From NCBI GenBank assembly GCA_964016885.1, contig OZ024740.1, positions 158,968,001 through 159,032,000 on the forward strand: DNA of 64,000 nt, written 5' to 3'. The translations under genes and the position numbers were made by a program. How positions within the stretch are numbered: the first letter of the stretch is position 1; each line of letters starts with the position of its first letter. This document shows, piece by piece, positions 1 to 13,888 of the stretch. The notes under the pieces are model-generated. The model was given only the letters and a program-made list of their open reading frames with translations, was not told where the DNA came from and searched no databases. The DNA is from Eledone cirrhosa (Eukaryota).

Positions 1-540
1 AGCACGCCGTAGCATATATTGTTCTTCTGTCTCGCCTGCGCGCAAAGAACACAAAGCAGAAGCATTTCTTGTTTTTCTTCCAATGTGACTCTTGCTTTTT
101 CGAGGCATTCTATGGAAAATCTGTAATAGAATAAATCTGAAACAAATCCTTAACTGTCAACCAGAGACTGATATACTACAGAACCTACTGCAAATGTTCA
201 ATGAGCTATAAAGAAAATATCATTACAAACTGACTGATCACCGAGAAGAAATTGTGTAACACAATGCTGTAAATGTTATGTATATGTCGTTAAGTAATTG
301 TCGCTTACAGTAACTATATTCCGTGACATCGACAATCAAATTACTGAGTACGATACTTGTCTACCTTGTATGTTCTAGAAGTATTACAGTTCATCAGTGC
401 TAATTAATAAAAGTGTCTTGTAATACACAATATACAGCGTCATCTAAAGTAGTTATGTTTCTTTTATTAAAAAACATCCCCGCATCCTCCTTTAGGAATG
501 TGTACAATTTTAAGAGATCGGGTGAATAATAGGCAAGTTA

Positions 541-723
541 TAATTGTTTCTACTTTAGGCACAAAGCCAGCAATTACCCAGTGCATTATTGGTACTTTAT
601 TTTATCGACCCCGTAAGGATGAAAGGCAAAGTCAACCTCGGCGGGATTTGAACTAAGATCGTAAAGGGACGTAACTATGCTGGAAAGCATGGCGTCCGAC
701 CCTCTACCGATACTGCCAATCCA
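541..723 (-). mobile_element. tRNA-derived SINE with Meta-like central domain
   Basis: Minus strand: A-box TGGCAGTATCGGTAGAG, B-box GTTCAAATCCC, then GACTTTGCCTTTCATCCTTACGGGGTCGATAAAATAAAGTACC. Homologous copies at 45.4-46.6 kb. Confidence 0.8.
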
Positions 724-950
724 CACACAGAGAGAACGGGACTCAATCTCATCCCAAATCTGTAATTGAATGCATCTGAAACAACTCAAATCAAAGAAAT
801 TTACTTGGTTTCTGTTTATAGGACTTCTAATGAAAATTTTGAATACAAAGTCCCATAAGGATTAGAAAAATGGCGTTATATATATATATATATATAAATA
901 TACCTGTAAACATATGTATGTATTTATCTATGCATGTATGTATATATATA

Positions 951-1022
<72 letters not shown>

Positions 1023-1029
<7 letters not shown>

Positions 1030-1800
1030 GTTGAAAATGTAACACATCAGAGAGAGATATACAGTGCGTTATCAATAATACAGGGAAAAAACCACCAGTG
1101 TATGGAATCTATAACCTATGAAAGGCAGACTATAGACACGATAATTAAAAATATAAATTAAAGCGTAAATAAATACCTCTATAACTATATACCACACGTA
1201 CAAATCCAAAGATATGTTTCACCAATAATTTGTTGAAAGAAATGGGTTAGTCTCGGTTCATCAGCGTGTGTAAGGCTATACATTTCAGACAACACTAAGA
1301 GAATTTTCAAATTGACTGTCCAGCTACACGTGGGAGAGAGAAGTCACAGCGTGTTTAAGGGCAGTGAACCAGTGGCCTCTGAGGGACGAACTGCTAGAAA
1401 GGGCAGCCCAAAGCCACTCAGAGAAGTGTGCTCAACCAAACAGAGATAGGAAAGACTGTTATTAGGAGCGAAATATCACGATAAATTAACGGAGGCATAG
1501 GCCATCGCTATTCCCTGTAAATAATGTGCTCAAAGGAGAAGAGATCCTGAGCCCTTTAAAATACAATACGTTGAACAGGTAACACACCAGAGAAGGATAT
1601 ACAGTGCGTTATCAATAATTACTAATAGATTCCATACACTGGTGGTTTTTTCCCTGTATTATTGATAACGCACTGTATATCTCTCTCTGGTGTGTTACCT
1701 TTTCAACATATTGTATTTTAAAGAGCTCAGGATCTCTTCTCCTTTGAGCACATTATTTACAGGGAATAGCGAGGGCCTATGCCTACGTTAATTTATCGTC
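1023..1800 (-). mobile_element. Non-coding Penelope-like/retrozyme-like element (direct + inverted repeats) in (TA)n
   Basis: 1023-1078 repeats at 1563-1619 (unit ~540 bp). 1626-1800 is an inverted copy of 1475-1619/1023-1110. Contains a hammerhead and is flanked by (TA)n. Confidence 0.7.
1193..1270 (-). ncRNA. Type I hammerhead ribozyme
   Basis: Minus: cacacg CTGATGA accga..ttggt GAAA catatc tttg gatttg TA cgtgtg. Stems I, II and III pair; GUA cleavage triplet. Confidence 0.85.
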
Positions 1801-2078
1801 ATATATATATATATATATATATATACCCTTCAAAATTTGCAAAACATTCTTGCGATTCAAGGGATGACAATTACTTTTCTTTTACAACCTTGCCACCAGG
1901 AAGGTGGCCGGTCAAAAAAATATACTCGAAATTAAGAGAAAGAGATCACATACATACATACATACATACATGGTGGAGATATTACAAATGTAATATCTCC
2001 ACTATCCAGGAAGCTCTAACCGTTAAGGTTGTCTTTCTTTTTCCGGGTATGTCAATATTTATTTATAAAACAAATCTG

Positions 2079-2144
2079 TATTTTATCTGATGAAAGCGCA
2101 CCATAATTTGCCTTGGTTGCCCTTGAAATATGTATAATAAAATA
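2079..2144 (+). ncRNA. Type I hammerhead ribozyme (minimal stem III)
   Basis: tattttat CTGATGA aagcgcacca..tggttgccctt GAAA tatgta TA ataaaata. 8-bp stem I; near-palindromic stem III. Confidence 0.7.
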
Positions 2145-2182
2145 AATATGGTTTTATAAATATAGTTTCCATTTATTAATAT

Positions 2183-2560
<378 letters not shown>

Positions 2561-2564
2561 ATAT

Positions 2565-2730
<166 letters not shown>

Positions 2731-2745
2731 GTATACATATATATG

Positions 2746-2795
<50 letters not shown>

Positions 2796-3458
2796 TATAA
2801 TGTATATATATACATATATATATATACACATATATATTTATATATATATATATATTTATAATGTGTGTGTGTGTGTGTCTTTGTGTCTGTATGTATACAA
2901 ATAACCTGACATGCAGCATAGAAAAAGTTAACAAACTTTAACCTCTGTAACAAACAAATGTTTCAGAAATTTTATTTTTTTCATGTTTCTTTACATAAGC
3001 TATTATTAGAAGTCCAGAGGAAAGGTACCTTTTAAAGATCTGTTTATTTGTTTTTTCCTGTATGAATCGTATTTGACTCTTTATTTTCCGCCTGACCTCT
3101 TGGAATACAATTCAATTTCAATACTTTGTGCTCTTTGATTCTAGCGTAAATTTGTTCTGCTTGTCCCAAGATAACGTTTATTTTATTCTGCAGGAAAACA
3201 CAATCTGTAATCCAATAAAAAATATCTGTGATGAAGAGAAAACTAAACGTAGGAAACTATAAGGAAACAAATTGTTTATATTTGTTATATTATTTGTGAC
3301 GTATAGTTGTGTATATCGAACTATATGCATATCTGTGCCTCTCCCTGTTTATATCTTTCTCTCTCCATACGTATACACACACATATATAATGCGTGTGCC
3401 TATGTGTATGAATATATATATATATATATATATTGTGTCTGTGTGTGTGTGCACCTCG

Positions 3459-3550
<92 letters not shown>

Positions 3551-3679
3551 CACACACACACAGACATATATATATATATATATATATGTATATTTATATA
3601 TATACATATATATATTTTGTGTGTGTGTATATGTATGTGTGTGTGTGCACCTCTCTCTCTCTATCTATCTATATATATA

Positions 3680-4250
3680 AATATAAGTATGTATACGTAC
3701 ATACATATATGTATACAGACGTACAGTAGAATATATATATATACATACATGCACATATATATATATATGTACGTATGGGTTTACCGAACATTTATTATAA
3801 TGCTCGGTTTGTTTGTAAACAAACATCCTGAATGAAGCTGTACAGAGTTCGGCAACCATCGTCGCCTTTTTGTTCAACACTGACACAGGAACGATGTACT
3901 AGTTTCAAGCTTATTAGCTATCGTCAGCAACGTATACCTTCCTGCCAGATGATTGAACGTCTGAAAGTATATACTTTCCCTATGCATATTACGGTTGAGC
4001 AGCCTAATTTGCATATCGAGTGAGTTAGTCGGCCGGGCGCACCGAAAACGATAAATGGAAAAGAATGAAACGAAATTTCATTTCTATCTCTTAGTACGGC
4101 TGTTACTTAAATATAAGTATGTATACGTACATACATATATGTATACAGACGTACAGTAGTATGTATATATATATACATACATGCACACATACATTTAGGT
4201 ATCAGCTGTATTAACAGTGAGAAATGAAATTTCGTTTCATTCTTTTCCAT

Positions 4251-4253
<3 letters not shown>
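3680..4253 (-). mobile_element. ~430-bp non-coding hammerhead repeat element (copy 1)
   Basis: 3680-3760 repeats at 4109-4190, with a short inverted segment at 4205-4253. Homologous to 30957-32697. Confidence 0.75.
3891..3933 (-). ncRNA. Minimal type I hammerhead ribozyme
   Basis: Minus: acgttg CTGACGA t agct aata agct t GAAA CTAG TA catcgt. Palindromic CTAG replaces stem III. Confidence 0.8.
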
Positions 4254-4281
<28 letters not shown>

Positions 4282-5025
4282 AATAAACTCATACACACGC
4301 AGACATACACACACTCTCACGCATATATATGTACTTCACAAATGAAAATAAATAAAATGTATACTATGCACAATTTTATATTTATAAGAAAAGATTTCAC
4401 CCTGAAGCAATATGTGGCTAATCTATTGTATTGGTTAAACCCCATTTAAGTCAAATACCATTGATCTATATGTATTAGATGATAGTTTGTATCCCCCACC
4501 CTTGCGGCAAATCTTATCACCACCGCTGTTAGAGCTGAGTAAGCTGCCTAAGATAAAACAAATCCAAGCACACCCACGGGCACCAGGAAGGGCGATAACT
4601 TATCAATTCCGATGTGTAGACGTGGATAGTTATATGGACTCATTTAACAGTTGAAGGATCTCATCCCAAAATAGTCTTACGAGATCACGTATCCAAACCC
4701 ACGTACAAAATGGCCTCCCGGAAGATGGCATTGGCAGGATACATTTTTCGCAGATGATCCTGCTCCCGTTTTTCCGTTTCAAGGGTTTCTATCCCTGATT
4801 TTATACAATTATATGAGATCTAATGTGTTTTAACTAATATGCGTTGCATCAACTAAAATATAATTTCATGTGTATATCTGGACAGCGTTTGGCTAATGTT
4901 AGATGATGTTACCCCAGATAGACCAGCAGTGCCGTTGGTAGGGGTCGAAACTGCCCAGGTCCATCTCAACAGCCGATGATCACGGAGTTTGTATATTCAT
5001 TTAAAAAAAAATGTTTAAGGTTTCC

Positions 5026-5075
<50 letters not shown>

Positions 5076-5098
5076 ATATGTATATTTATATATATGTG

Positions 5099-5149
<51 letters not shown>

Positions 5150-5207
5150 TAGAAATGCGCATAATAAAATACATGGAACTCTTTTAACCATCTTTTGATC
5201 TTATATT

Positions 5208-5299
<92 letters not shown>

Positions 5300-5302
<3 letters not shown>

Positions 5303-5870
5303 TTAATATAGATGAGATTCTACAGGACTAGAACTGTTTCATTCATTAGAAATCATCAGGAATCTGGGTATCAAAAAATAAATATGGTATTTATAGGTCT
5401 CTACAAGTGGTAGGAGAGGGTGGGGAGTGGGATGGGTGCAGGTCATTGGTTGATAGAAAAGGGAATTCATTAAAAGCTAATTCTACAACGCTATAGTTAA
5501 TTTTTATTTTTATTTATATTTATTTATGTTTTTAGAGTAACAAAGGCAGACAGAATTCTATAAACAGGTTCCGGATGGCATACCATTCCTTGTCAATAAG
5601 TTTCTCTTAAGCTAACAGATGTCTATAAAATCAGTGGGGGGTCAGTCATGCTCGATAGAATTAAAGAAAAGGGAGATTCTTTAAAAGCTAAAGTCATTAA
5701 GGTTCTACTAAGTGACAAAGGTCTAGAGAATTCTGCAGACAGATTCAAAATACTGAGTGCATATCTTACTATTATCTTCGAACTTCTCTTAAACTAATCA
5801 ACAATATGCCAAAATCAACAGACACATTCACAAAAAAACAAAAAAACAAAAAAGCATAACAGGTATAACA
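5300..5870 (-). mobile_element. PLE-like terminal element in (TA)n (copy 1; copy 2 at 13886-14410)
   Basis: ~520 bp nearly identical to 13886-14410. A hammerhead sits next to the (TA)n junction. Confidence 0.7.
5315..5365 (-). ncRNA. Type I hammerhead ribozyme
   Basis: Minus: agattc CTGATGA t ttc taat gaa t GAAA cag ttctagtc ctg TA gaatct. Confidence 0.8.
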
Positions 5871-5878
5871 ATATATGT

Positions 5879-5964
<86 letters not shown>

Positions 5965-6120
5965 ACATATATTGTTATACTTGGGGAAGCTCATATTTGT
6001 GTAATATTGCCAGAATTAATAACAGAACACACTCACTGTATATATATATATATATTTATATTTATGTATATACATATATGTGTATATGTATATATGTATA
6101 TATATATATTTACATGCACG

Positions 6121-6153
<33 letters not shown>

Positions 6154-6754
6154 ATATGTATATATATGTATATATACGTACATGTATATATATATATGTG
6201 TATGTGAGTGTGTTCCTGTCTGTCTGTCTGTTTGTCTCTTAGTTATTTGAATCATTTCCGTTAAGAAAGAGTCGGGTTCTAACACAACTTATCGTTGGAA
6301 TTTGTCTAACAAAAACCGTTAGAGAAACTGAAGGTTTCGATCAGTTTTCTATAATTATTTTCTTTTTCATTGATTTTGGAAGAAAATGTCCACATCGCCA
6401 GGGCAGCTGGCCTCTATGACTACAGATATTTTTCATTTCCGTTCCGAGCAACTATATCTGGCCCTTTATGTCTGCACTTGGTAGAAGTGTTGAATGTTCC
6501 TACAATATGTTTTGTGTTGATATGTATATATTTAATAATAAAGTGATTTATCTCAGGACAATGTTTCCTTTCTAGGCAGAGCTGTTCTGAGAGGACGGGT
6601 CGTAAGTGGTGGATAGCGATTAGGCCATAAGATATGATGGTTAGTTGCGATACAAGCAGGCAGGTGCCGGACGAATAAGCAGCCCCAGACCAACGGCGGT
6701 AAACTAGTAGGGTAGGGTGGGGGTGGGGTGGGGTGGAGGGCGTTGTATTACTTA

Positions 6755-7560
6755 ACTTGACAGAATGTGATCTCCGACCTGCACTTGATAGGTTTGATGC
6801 CGAGTGATCTCCGACCTGCACTTGATAGGTTTGATGCTGGAATGAAAATCAGTGTTGCGAAAACTGAAATACTCGTCCTCTCAAGGAAGCCTGCGTAGTG
6901 CACATGTGAATAGAGTTCCACTGAAGCAGGTGGAGAAGTTCAAGTTTCCTGGGGCTGTGTTCGTGAGTGATGGATGACAGGAGGCTGAATTAAGAGTATA
7001 CATTTTAGGTGGTAGTGCAGTAATGCGCCAGCTTCAGCATTCGGTAATTAGAAAAAGGGAGGTAGCCGTAAAAGCCAAACACACTTTCTTCAGTACGGTA
7101 TTCGTGCCGACCCTTAACTATGATCATATAAAGATCGAAAGAATACGATCGCGAATACATAAATGGATGAAATAGGGTTCCTCCGAAGGGTCTACGGCGT
7201 AACGTTACTCGATAGAGTGTGTAGTTCAGAGACTAAAGAGTCACTCCCGGTAGAGCCGCAACCTCTCCGAACTGAGAGATCACAGCTCCGATACTATGGG
7301 TATATGGTTAGAATGTCCCTGGAAAGAATCGCTGAACAGATTTTACGGGATAAACCAGCCGGCAGGAGACTCGAGCAAGATGGTTGGATTTCATTCACGA
7401 GCTTGGCTGGTCTCGTTTGGGGATTTAGCCGGATCTGTTGGAAACAGTTGCTTCTGACAGTTCCCGCTGGAAGGAGTGTTTGGGGAGCCTGTCCCCCCCC
7501 CCCCCATCCTGCACGACCATCTCAGGAATAAGTGGGCGAAGAAAAGCGTGAAGAAGACAA
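6755..7560 (+). pseudogene. Degenerate RTE-clade LINE 3' portion (RT C-terminal region)
   Basis: Fragments PLKQVEKFKF.G, EIGFLRRVYGVTLLDRV, ERSQLRYYGYMVRM; many stops. Homologous to 42840-43380 and 47830-48925. Confidence 0.75.
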
Positions 7561-8561
7561 TGATTTCTTCAGATATCATTGTTTATTATTTTATCAATAA
7601 CACCATGTCGCATTATGACGTACCATGATGACATCGCTCGACAACTGTTGATCACATATATGATATGTTTCATACAACTGTTATATAATCGATATATTTG
7701 GTTTCATCTTGTTAAATTTAAATACATTACTGTATATTTTCCTCATTCAATATTTTGCAGTTCTTTTTAGCTCCTGGGTTGTAAAATCAAAGCCTTTGAA
7801 ATATGACCTTATGTAATGGTCACGAATCTGAGAGAGATTACATTTCACGTCTATGTTATTATGATCCTCAAGTTTAAGGGAAATATATCACATATAAGTG
7901 CAGAAATTGCAAGAGCTAGTGCAGTAATGCACCAGCTTCAACATTCGGTAACCAGAAGGGAGGTAGACGTAAAAGCCTTTTTAATGTGAGGTGGTGGTAA
8001 GTAGAGTGCTTTTCTAACCAAGTCTTGATATATTCTCTCTCAGCAATTTTAGCGTTGCGTTGGATGCCCTCTGGAAGTATGTACGTTTTGAGCTTATGAA
8101 AATAGGGGGGGGGGGTCTAAGCAGGAGGATGATGTTCCACTTCTCTTCAGTTTATTGTGAGGGTTGAGTAGAAGCTTGTAGTTGTCTACCCTTCCTTAGT
8201 AATATTACTAGCATAAAATTGAGTTTTTTTTTTTTTCAAAACATCGTACGTCGTTTGGGATTTCAGACTTCGGATCGAATCATTCAGTTTCCAGGGAAAA
8301 TGAAAATCTATTTTTTTTTTCAATGTGAATGTGGAAATAACGAAACATTACTTTCTGGAAATAGTGAAGAATAAGTATTTGTAAAAGCATGCTAGGAAAA
8401 TGGCTGGGAGAGAAAAGAAAGATAAGTGAGAAGGAATCGGGGTGAGGTTCTCGTCAGCTGGATGTCAAGGATGTTTAAATACTTTGCCAACACACATACA
8501 CACACATCTACACCCTCCACACATATATATACAGACATATATACATATATTTGTATATATA

Positions 8562-9485
8562 AACTAGAAATTGATTGACATATATATATATATATCTAAA
8601 ATAAACATATGAAACAATCACAGGGGATAATCTGTAAAAGTGTGTAAGCACACACAGCTATGTAGGTAACTAATTAAAGTTTAACTAGAACTTCAAAATT
8701 AGATACCTTATAAATTGATTAATCCTCCTTGTATATATTTCATTAAAGAAATATATTTCACCAATTAATCAATTGGTAAACGACAGTAGCCAAATCCTGG
8801 ATTTTCAACAAGGAAGAAGATTTAACTATCTGTGTATACACATCAAATTCAAATCTGTGACTAACTATTAGCACGTTTTGCATTTAATACAAATACACAC
8901 ATCGTGCCAGCTTCGTCCCAGTGGCGTGAATAGGGTTATCGACAACTAGAAATAGCAGTCAAGTCCTTTCAACCGAGTTAGCTCTACAATTAAGGGGTCG
9001 TATTTATATATATCCAACATTTAAATTAAATTAAGGGTGTCATGTCAGAGAGACATGCGCCATATCCACTGTAAAATATGCTCCAAGATTCCAATGAATA
9101 GATCCGAGCATTTTATATCAACTAGAAATTTATATCAACTACACAGATAGTTAAGTATACTTTCTTGTTGAAAATCCAGGATTTGGCTACTGTCGTTTAC
9201 CAATCGATTAATTGGTGAAATATATTTCTTTAATGAAATATATACAAGGAGGATTAATCAATTTATACGGTATCTATTTTTAAAGTTCTAGTTAAACTTT
9301 AATTAGTTACCTACATAGCTGTGTGTGCTTACACACTTTTACAGATTATCCCCTGTGATTGTTTCATATGTTTATTTTAGATATATATATATGTCAATCA
9401 ATTTCTAGTTGATATAAAATGCTCGGATCTATTCATTGGAATCTTGGAGCATATTTTACAGTGGATATGGCGCATGTCTCTCTGA
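8562..9485. mobile_element. Non-coding fold-back element with PLE-like direct/inverted architecture
   Basis: 8562-8835 is inverted at 9142-9410, and 9046-9130 is inverted at 9400-9485. The start motif AACTAGAAATT recurs at 9120. Confidence 0.65.
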
Positions 9486-10156
9486 TATTTGTATATATAT
9501 ATGTATACATATAAATATATATATATATATGTATATATATATGTGTGTGTATGTGTATGAATGTATGTATGTGCGTGTGTGTCTGTATGTATATATGTGC
9601 ATATAAATATATATTCATATATAAGTATTTGTATATATATTTAAATATAAAGAATTCACAGGCACATACATGTTTATATACACGCACACAAAAGAACATA
9701 ACAAATCCAGACATACACGTGTACACACACACACACACACACATGTAGACACAAACACACAAATCAACTACATAAAAATTCTGCAGATATACACACGCAC
9801 ACTTCCTCCAACGCTATATAAATCACACATACTGAAACAATACACACAGCCATGAAATGCACTCCAACTGCACACACTTAAAAACACCCACAACACAAGT
9901 GGATTTCACACTTCAGCACTTAACCCCATACCATTCATCTACCCTCCCAAACCATCTTAACATTTTTTGCAACTTTCCAAAACTCCGTAGTTCCAGCCAT
10001 CAATCTCTCTTTCCGAACTTTGCTATTTCCTGAAGAAGGACTTCTGTCCGATACATTGAAACCCTCATTCATTTCTTCCCAAGTGTGAACCTAATAAAGC
10101 TCTGTGCTTTTCTATCTCTGGATTTGTCTTGTTTATTCTTGAACTATATATGTATA

Positions 10157-10583
10157 CAGTGGCGGACTGGCTAGGTTGCCAGGTTGCCCAATGACAAATG
10201 GGCCCCAGGGGGCCCACACTCACATTGCATGACCCCAGACTATTATTGCAGGGCCCACTGTAATATTTTAGAGGCCAATGCTTTGCTTTCAAAAAATACC
10301 TGAAATCTATGAGAAATAATAACATAAAAAAAAAACAAACAATTAAGCAAAGCTTTTGGTCAACCAATTCCCTAGGGAATTAATAGCAACCAAAATATAT
10401 TATAGTGCAGATAGCTGGAATCATGCATGCAAACATACATATATAGACACAAACACACAAGCATATATATATATATATTTATATACTTACACACGAACTA
10501 CTGACCAAATGATATTTGGTATCAATGGGTTAAAGACATCTGTCAAATCAATTAGTGATGAAGGTGGTGTGTATATATATATA

Positions 10584-10648
<65 letters not shown>

Positions 10649-10888
10649 TGAGTGAGTGTGAAAGACCAAAGGTCATTATTGAAAGTCTCTGGATCTCACA
10701 AAATACATATTTTTTATTGGAGAAGGTAAGATATTTTTCCGCAAAAATTTGATTGCACTGTTTTGTTTCCACTTATGTATTTGTTGAAAATGTTATTTAC
10801 CCCTTATAAAAATGTAATAATATCATTCTATATGTAGGTGGGCGTCATTCATCTGGAAACCAATATTTTAAGACCTAGTCCGCCACTG
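10157..10888. mobile_element. hAT-like MITE with TIRs
   Basis: TIRs CAGTGGCGGACT (10157) / AGTCCGCCACTG (ends 10888). A second right end lies at 11866-12060. TSD not resolvable inside the microsatellite. Confidence 0.65.
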
Positions 10889-10917
10889 TACACACACACA
10901 CACACACATATATTTTA

Positions 10918-11135
10918 GGAACGATCGACTTTCGTCAAATCGGACCGAGGGAACAATGTTTCTGTTGGTCTTTCCAATTGCTAATACTATCTATCGGTCG
11001 CAACTCCAGGTAGAAGGAGCAACGTGAAATAAAGTGTCTTGCTCAAGGACATAACGCATCGCCTGGTCCAGGAATCGAACTCACAACCTCACGATTGTGA
11101 ATCCAATTCTCTAACCACTCAGCCACACGCCTTCA
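10918..11135 (-). mobile_element. tRNA-derived SINE
   Basis: Minus: GTGAAGGCGTGTGGCTGAGTGGTTAGAG..GAGTTCGATTCC..GTCCTTGAGCAAGACACTTTATTTC. Copies at 13137 and 44757. Confidence 0.8.
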
Positions 11136-12069
11136 CAAAAAAAAACACATATATATATATGTATAAATGCCAATCATTTTAAGTTTGAATCTAACTGGCA
11201 TGCAAAAATATATATATAGGAATAAGGTAAGCGCAAATTATAGTAGAATCAAATATTACAGAGTGAAAGAGATAGATAGATAGATAAATAGATATAGAGA
11301 GAGGGGGAGTGAGAGAGAGGGGGAGGAGAGTGAGAGAGAGGAGGGGGAGGAGAGTGAGAGAGAGGAGGGGGAATAATGAGGTGGAATAGAAATAAAACAT
11401 GGATTGCAGGTTAAAATGTAGGCTAGATAGATGAGAAACACAACGATTTAGAAGTCGAGACCTTAAGTAGGAGCAATAACATTAAGAAAATTTTGAAAGT
11501 AGGTTCATAAGTATGAATTTTCGTAGTTCTCTCTGTGGCCTATCGGTAGGTACTAGAGACGGTGGAGAGCCTGGCCTGGGGTTCAATCCTGGTTAAGAGG
11601 TACATGTAACCGTTTTCAGTTTTTATTTTAGAACCAATAGAAAAAAAAAACTGAAAAGTTTTCCTGGAAACCCTACTCCCGACCAAGACTGAACTTCAGA
11701 CCAGGATTAACACCGTCTATGATTCCTCCAACTAGGCCACCGAGACAGCTACAAAAGTATAATGAAAATTGATAATTATAAACCTACTTTCAAAACCAAA
11801 GTTAAAAAGATGTGGTGTCTTTCATTGCTTTCCTAGAACTGTTAGTAATATTTAGGGTCGACTTCTGGTCACTATTGAAAGTCTCTGGATTTTGCAAAAT
11901 ACATAATATTTTTCATTGGAGAAGGTAAGATATTTGCCCCTCCAACTTTGATTGCACTGTTTTGTTTCCACTTATGTATTTTTCGAAAATGTTATTTATT
12001 CATTATAAAAATTATATGATAGCATCTGTCAACCAATATTTTTAAACTAAGTCCGCCACTATATATATA

Positions 12070-12142
12070 TATACTCTTTTACTCTTTTACTCTTTTACCT
12101 GTTTCAGCCATCCGGCTGAGGCCATGCTGGGGCACCGCCCTT
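12070..12142 (-). mobile_element. 3' end of CR1-tailed SINE/LINE
   Basis: Minus: GGCGGTGCCCCAGCATGGCC..CTGAAACAGG then a (TAAAAGAG)3 tail. Confidence 0.55.
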
Positions 12143-12190
12143 GTTGCTACACATTTTATCTCCAGCCTGTATAGGTTGGCCACTGGTGTA

Positions 12191-12232
<42 letters not shown>

Positions 12233-12391
12233 TTATATCTGAGTCCATCTCTCTCTCTCTCTCTCCCCATTCTCTCTCTCTCTAAATATATATATATATA
12301 TATATAGGAGAAAGTATGACCCCGACGGCAGAGCTCAAGCTGTTTCGACGGCTATTTCTGGACTATCTGGTTCCTTACCACAACTCCTCCG

Positions 12392-12392
<1 letters not shown>

Positions 12393-12470
<78 letters not shown>

Positions 12471-12497
12471 CATACATATACGTATATATATATATAT

Positions 12498-12538
<41 letters not shown>

Positions 12539-12545
12539 CATATAC

Positions 12546-12580
<35 letters not shown>

Positions 12581-12649
12581 CATATACGTATATATACATA
12601 CATATACGTATATATATATATATATATATATACATACATATACGTATAT

Positions 12650-12731
<82 letters not shown>

Positions 12732-12739
12732 GCATATAC

Positions 12740-12773
<34 letters not shown>

Positions 12774-12820
12774 GCATATACGTATATATATATATATATA
12801 TATATATACATACATATACG

Positions 12821-12852
<32 letters not shown>

Positions 12853-12991
12853 CATATACGTATATATATATATATATACATATACGTATATATATATATA
12901 TATATATACATATATATACATACATATACGTATATATATATATATATATACATATATATAAATACATATACGTATATATACATACATATAC

Positions 12992-13036
<45 letters not shown>

Positions 13037-13136
13037 CGTATACGTATATATATATATATATATACGTATATATACATACATATACGTATATATATATATA
13101 TATACATACATATACGTATATATATATATATACATA
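12393..13136. repeat. Compound (TA)n microsatellite with recurring CATACATATACGTA unit
   Basis: Directly visible; a similar tract lies at 13383-13885. Confidence 0.95.
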
Positions 13137-13354
13137 GGAATCGATCAACTTTCGTCAAATCGGACCGAGGGAACAATGTTTCCGTTGGTCTTTCCAATTG
13201 CTAATACTATCTATCGGTCGCAACTCCAGGTAGAAGGAACAACGTGAAATAAAGTGTCTTGCTCAAGGACATAACGCATCGCCTGGTCCAGGAATCGAAC
13301 TCACAACCTTACGATTGCGAATCCGATTCTCTAACCACCCAGCCACACGCCTTC
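13137..13354 (-). mobile_element. tRNA-derived SINE
   Basis: Near-identical to 10918-11135. Confidence 0.8.
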
Positions 13355-13445
13355 ATATACACATACTCAGCCACACGCCTTCATATACGTATATGTATAT
13401 ACATACATATACGTATATATATATATATATATACATACATATACG

Positions 13446-13479
<34 letters not shown>

Positions 13480-13556
13480 TATATACATACATATACGTAT
13501 ATATATATATATACATACATATACGTATATATATATATATATATACATACATATAC

Positions 13557-13593
<37 letters not shown>

Positions 13594-13600
13594 CATATAC

Positions 13601-13663
<63 letters not shown>

Positions 13664-13670
13664 CATATAC

Positions 13671-13737
<67 letters not shown>

Positions 13738-13739
13738 CA

Positions 13740-13821
<82 letters not shown>

Positions 13822-13836
13822 TATACATACATATAC

Positions 13837-13885
<49 letters not shown>

Positions 13886-13888
<3 letters not shown>

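Noticed and set aside
3194-3248. Possible plus-strand exon (TTCTGCAG..GTAGGA); also a 14-nt micro-exon at 33164-33177
   Set aside because: Splice-like motifs arise by chance in AT-rich DNA, and there is no recognisable product.
10918-11135. tRNA gene
   Set aside because: The tRNA-like head is fused to a SINE body and is multi-copy; no intact cloverleaf.
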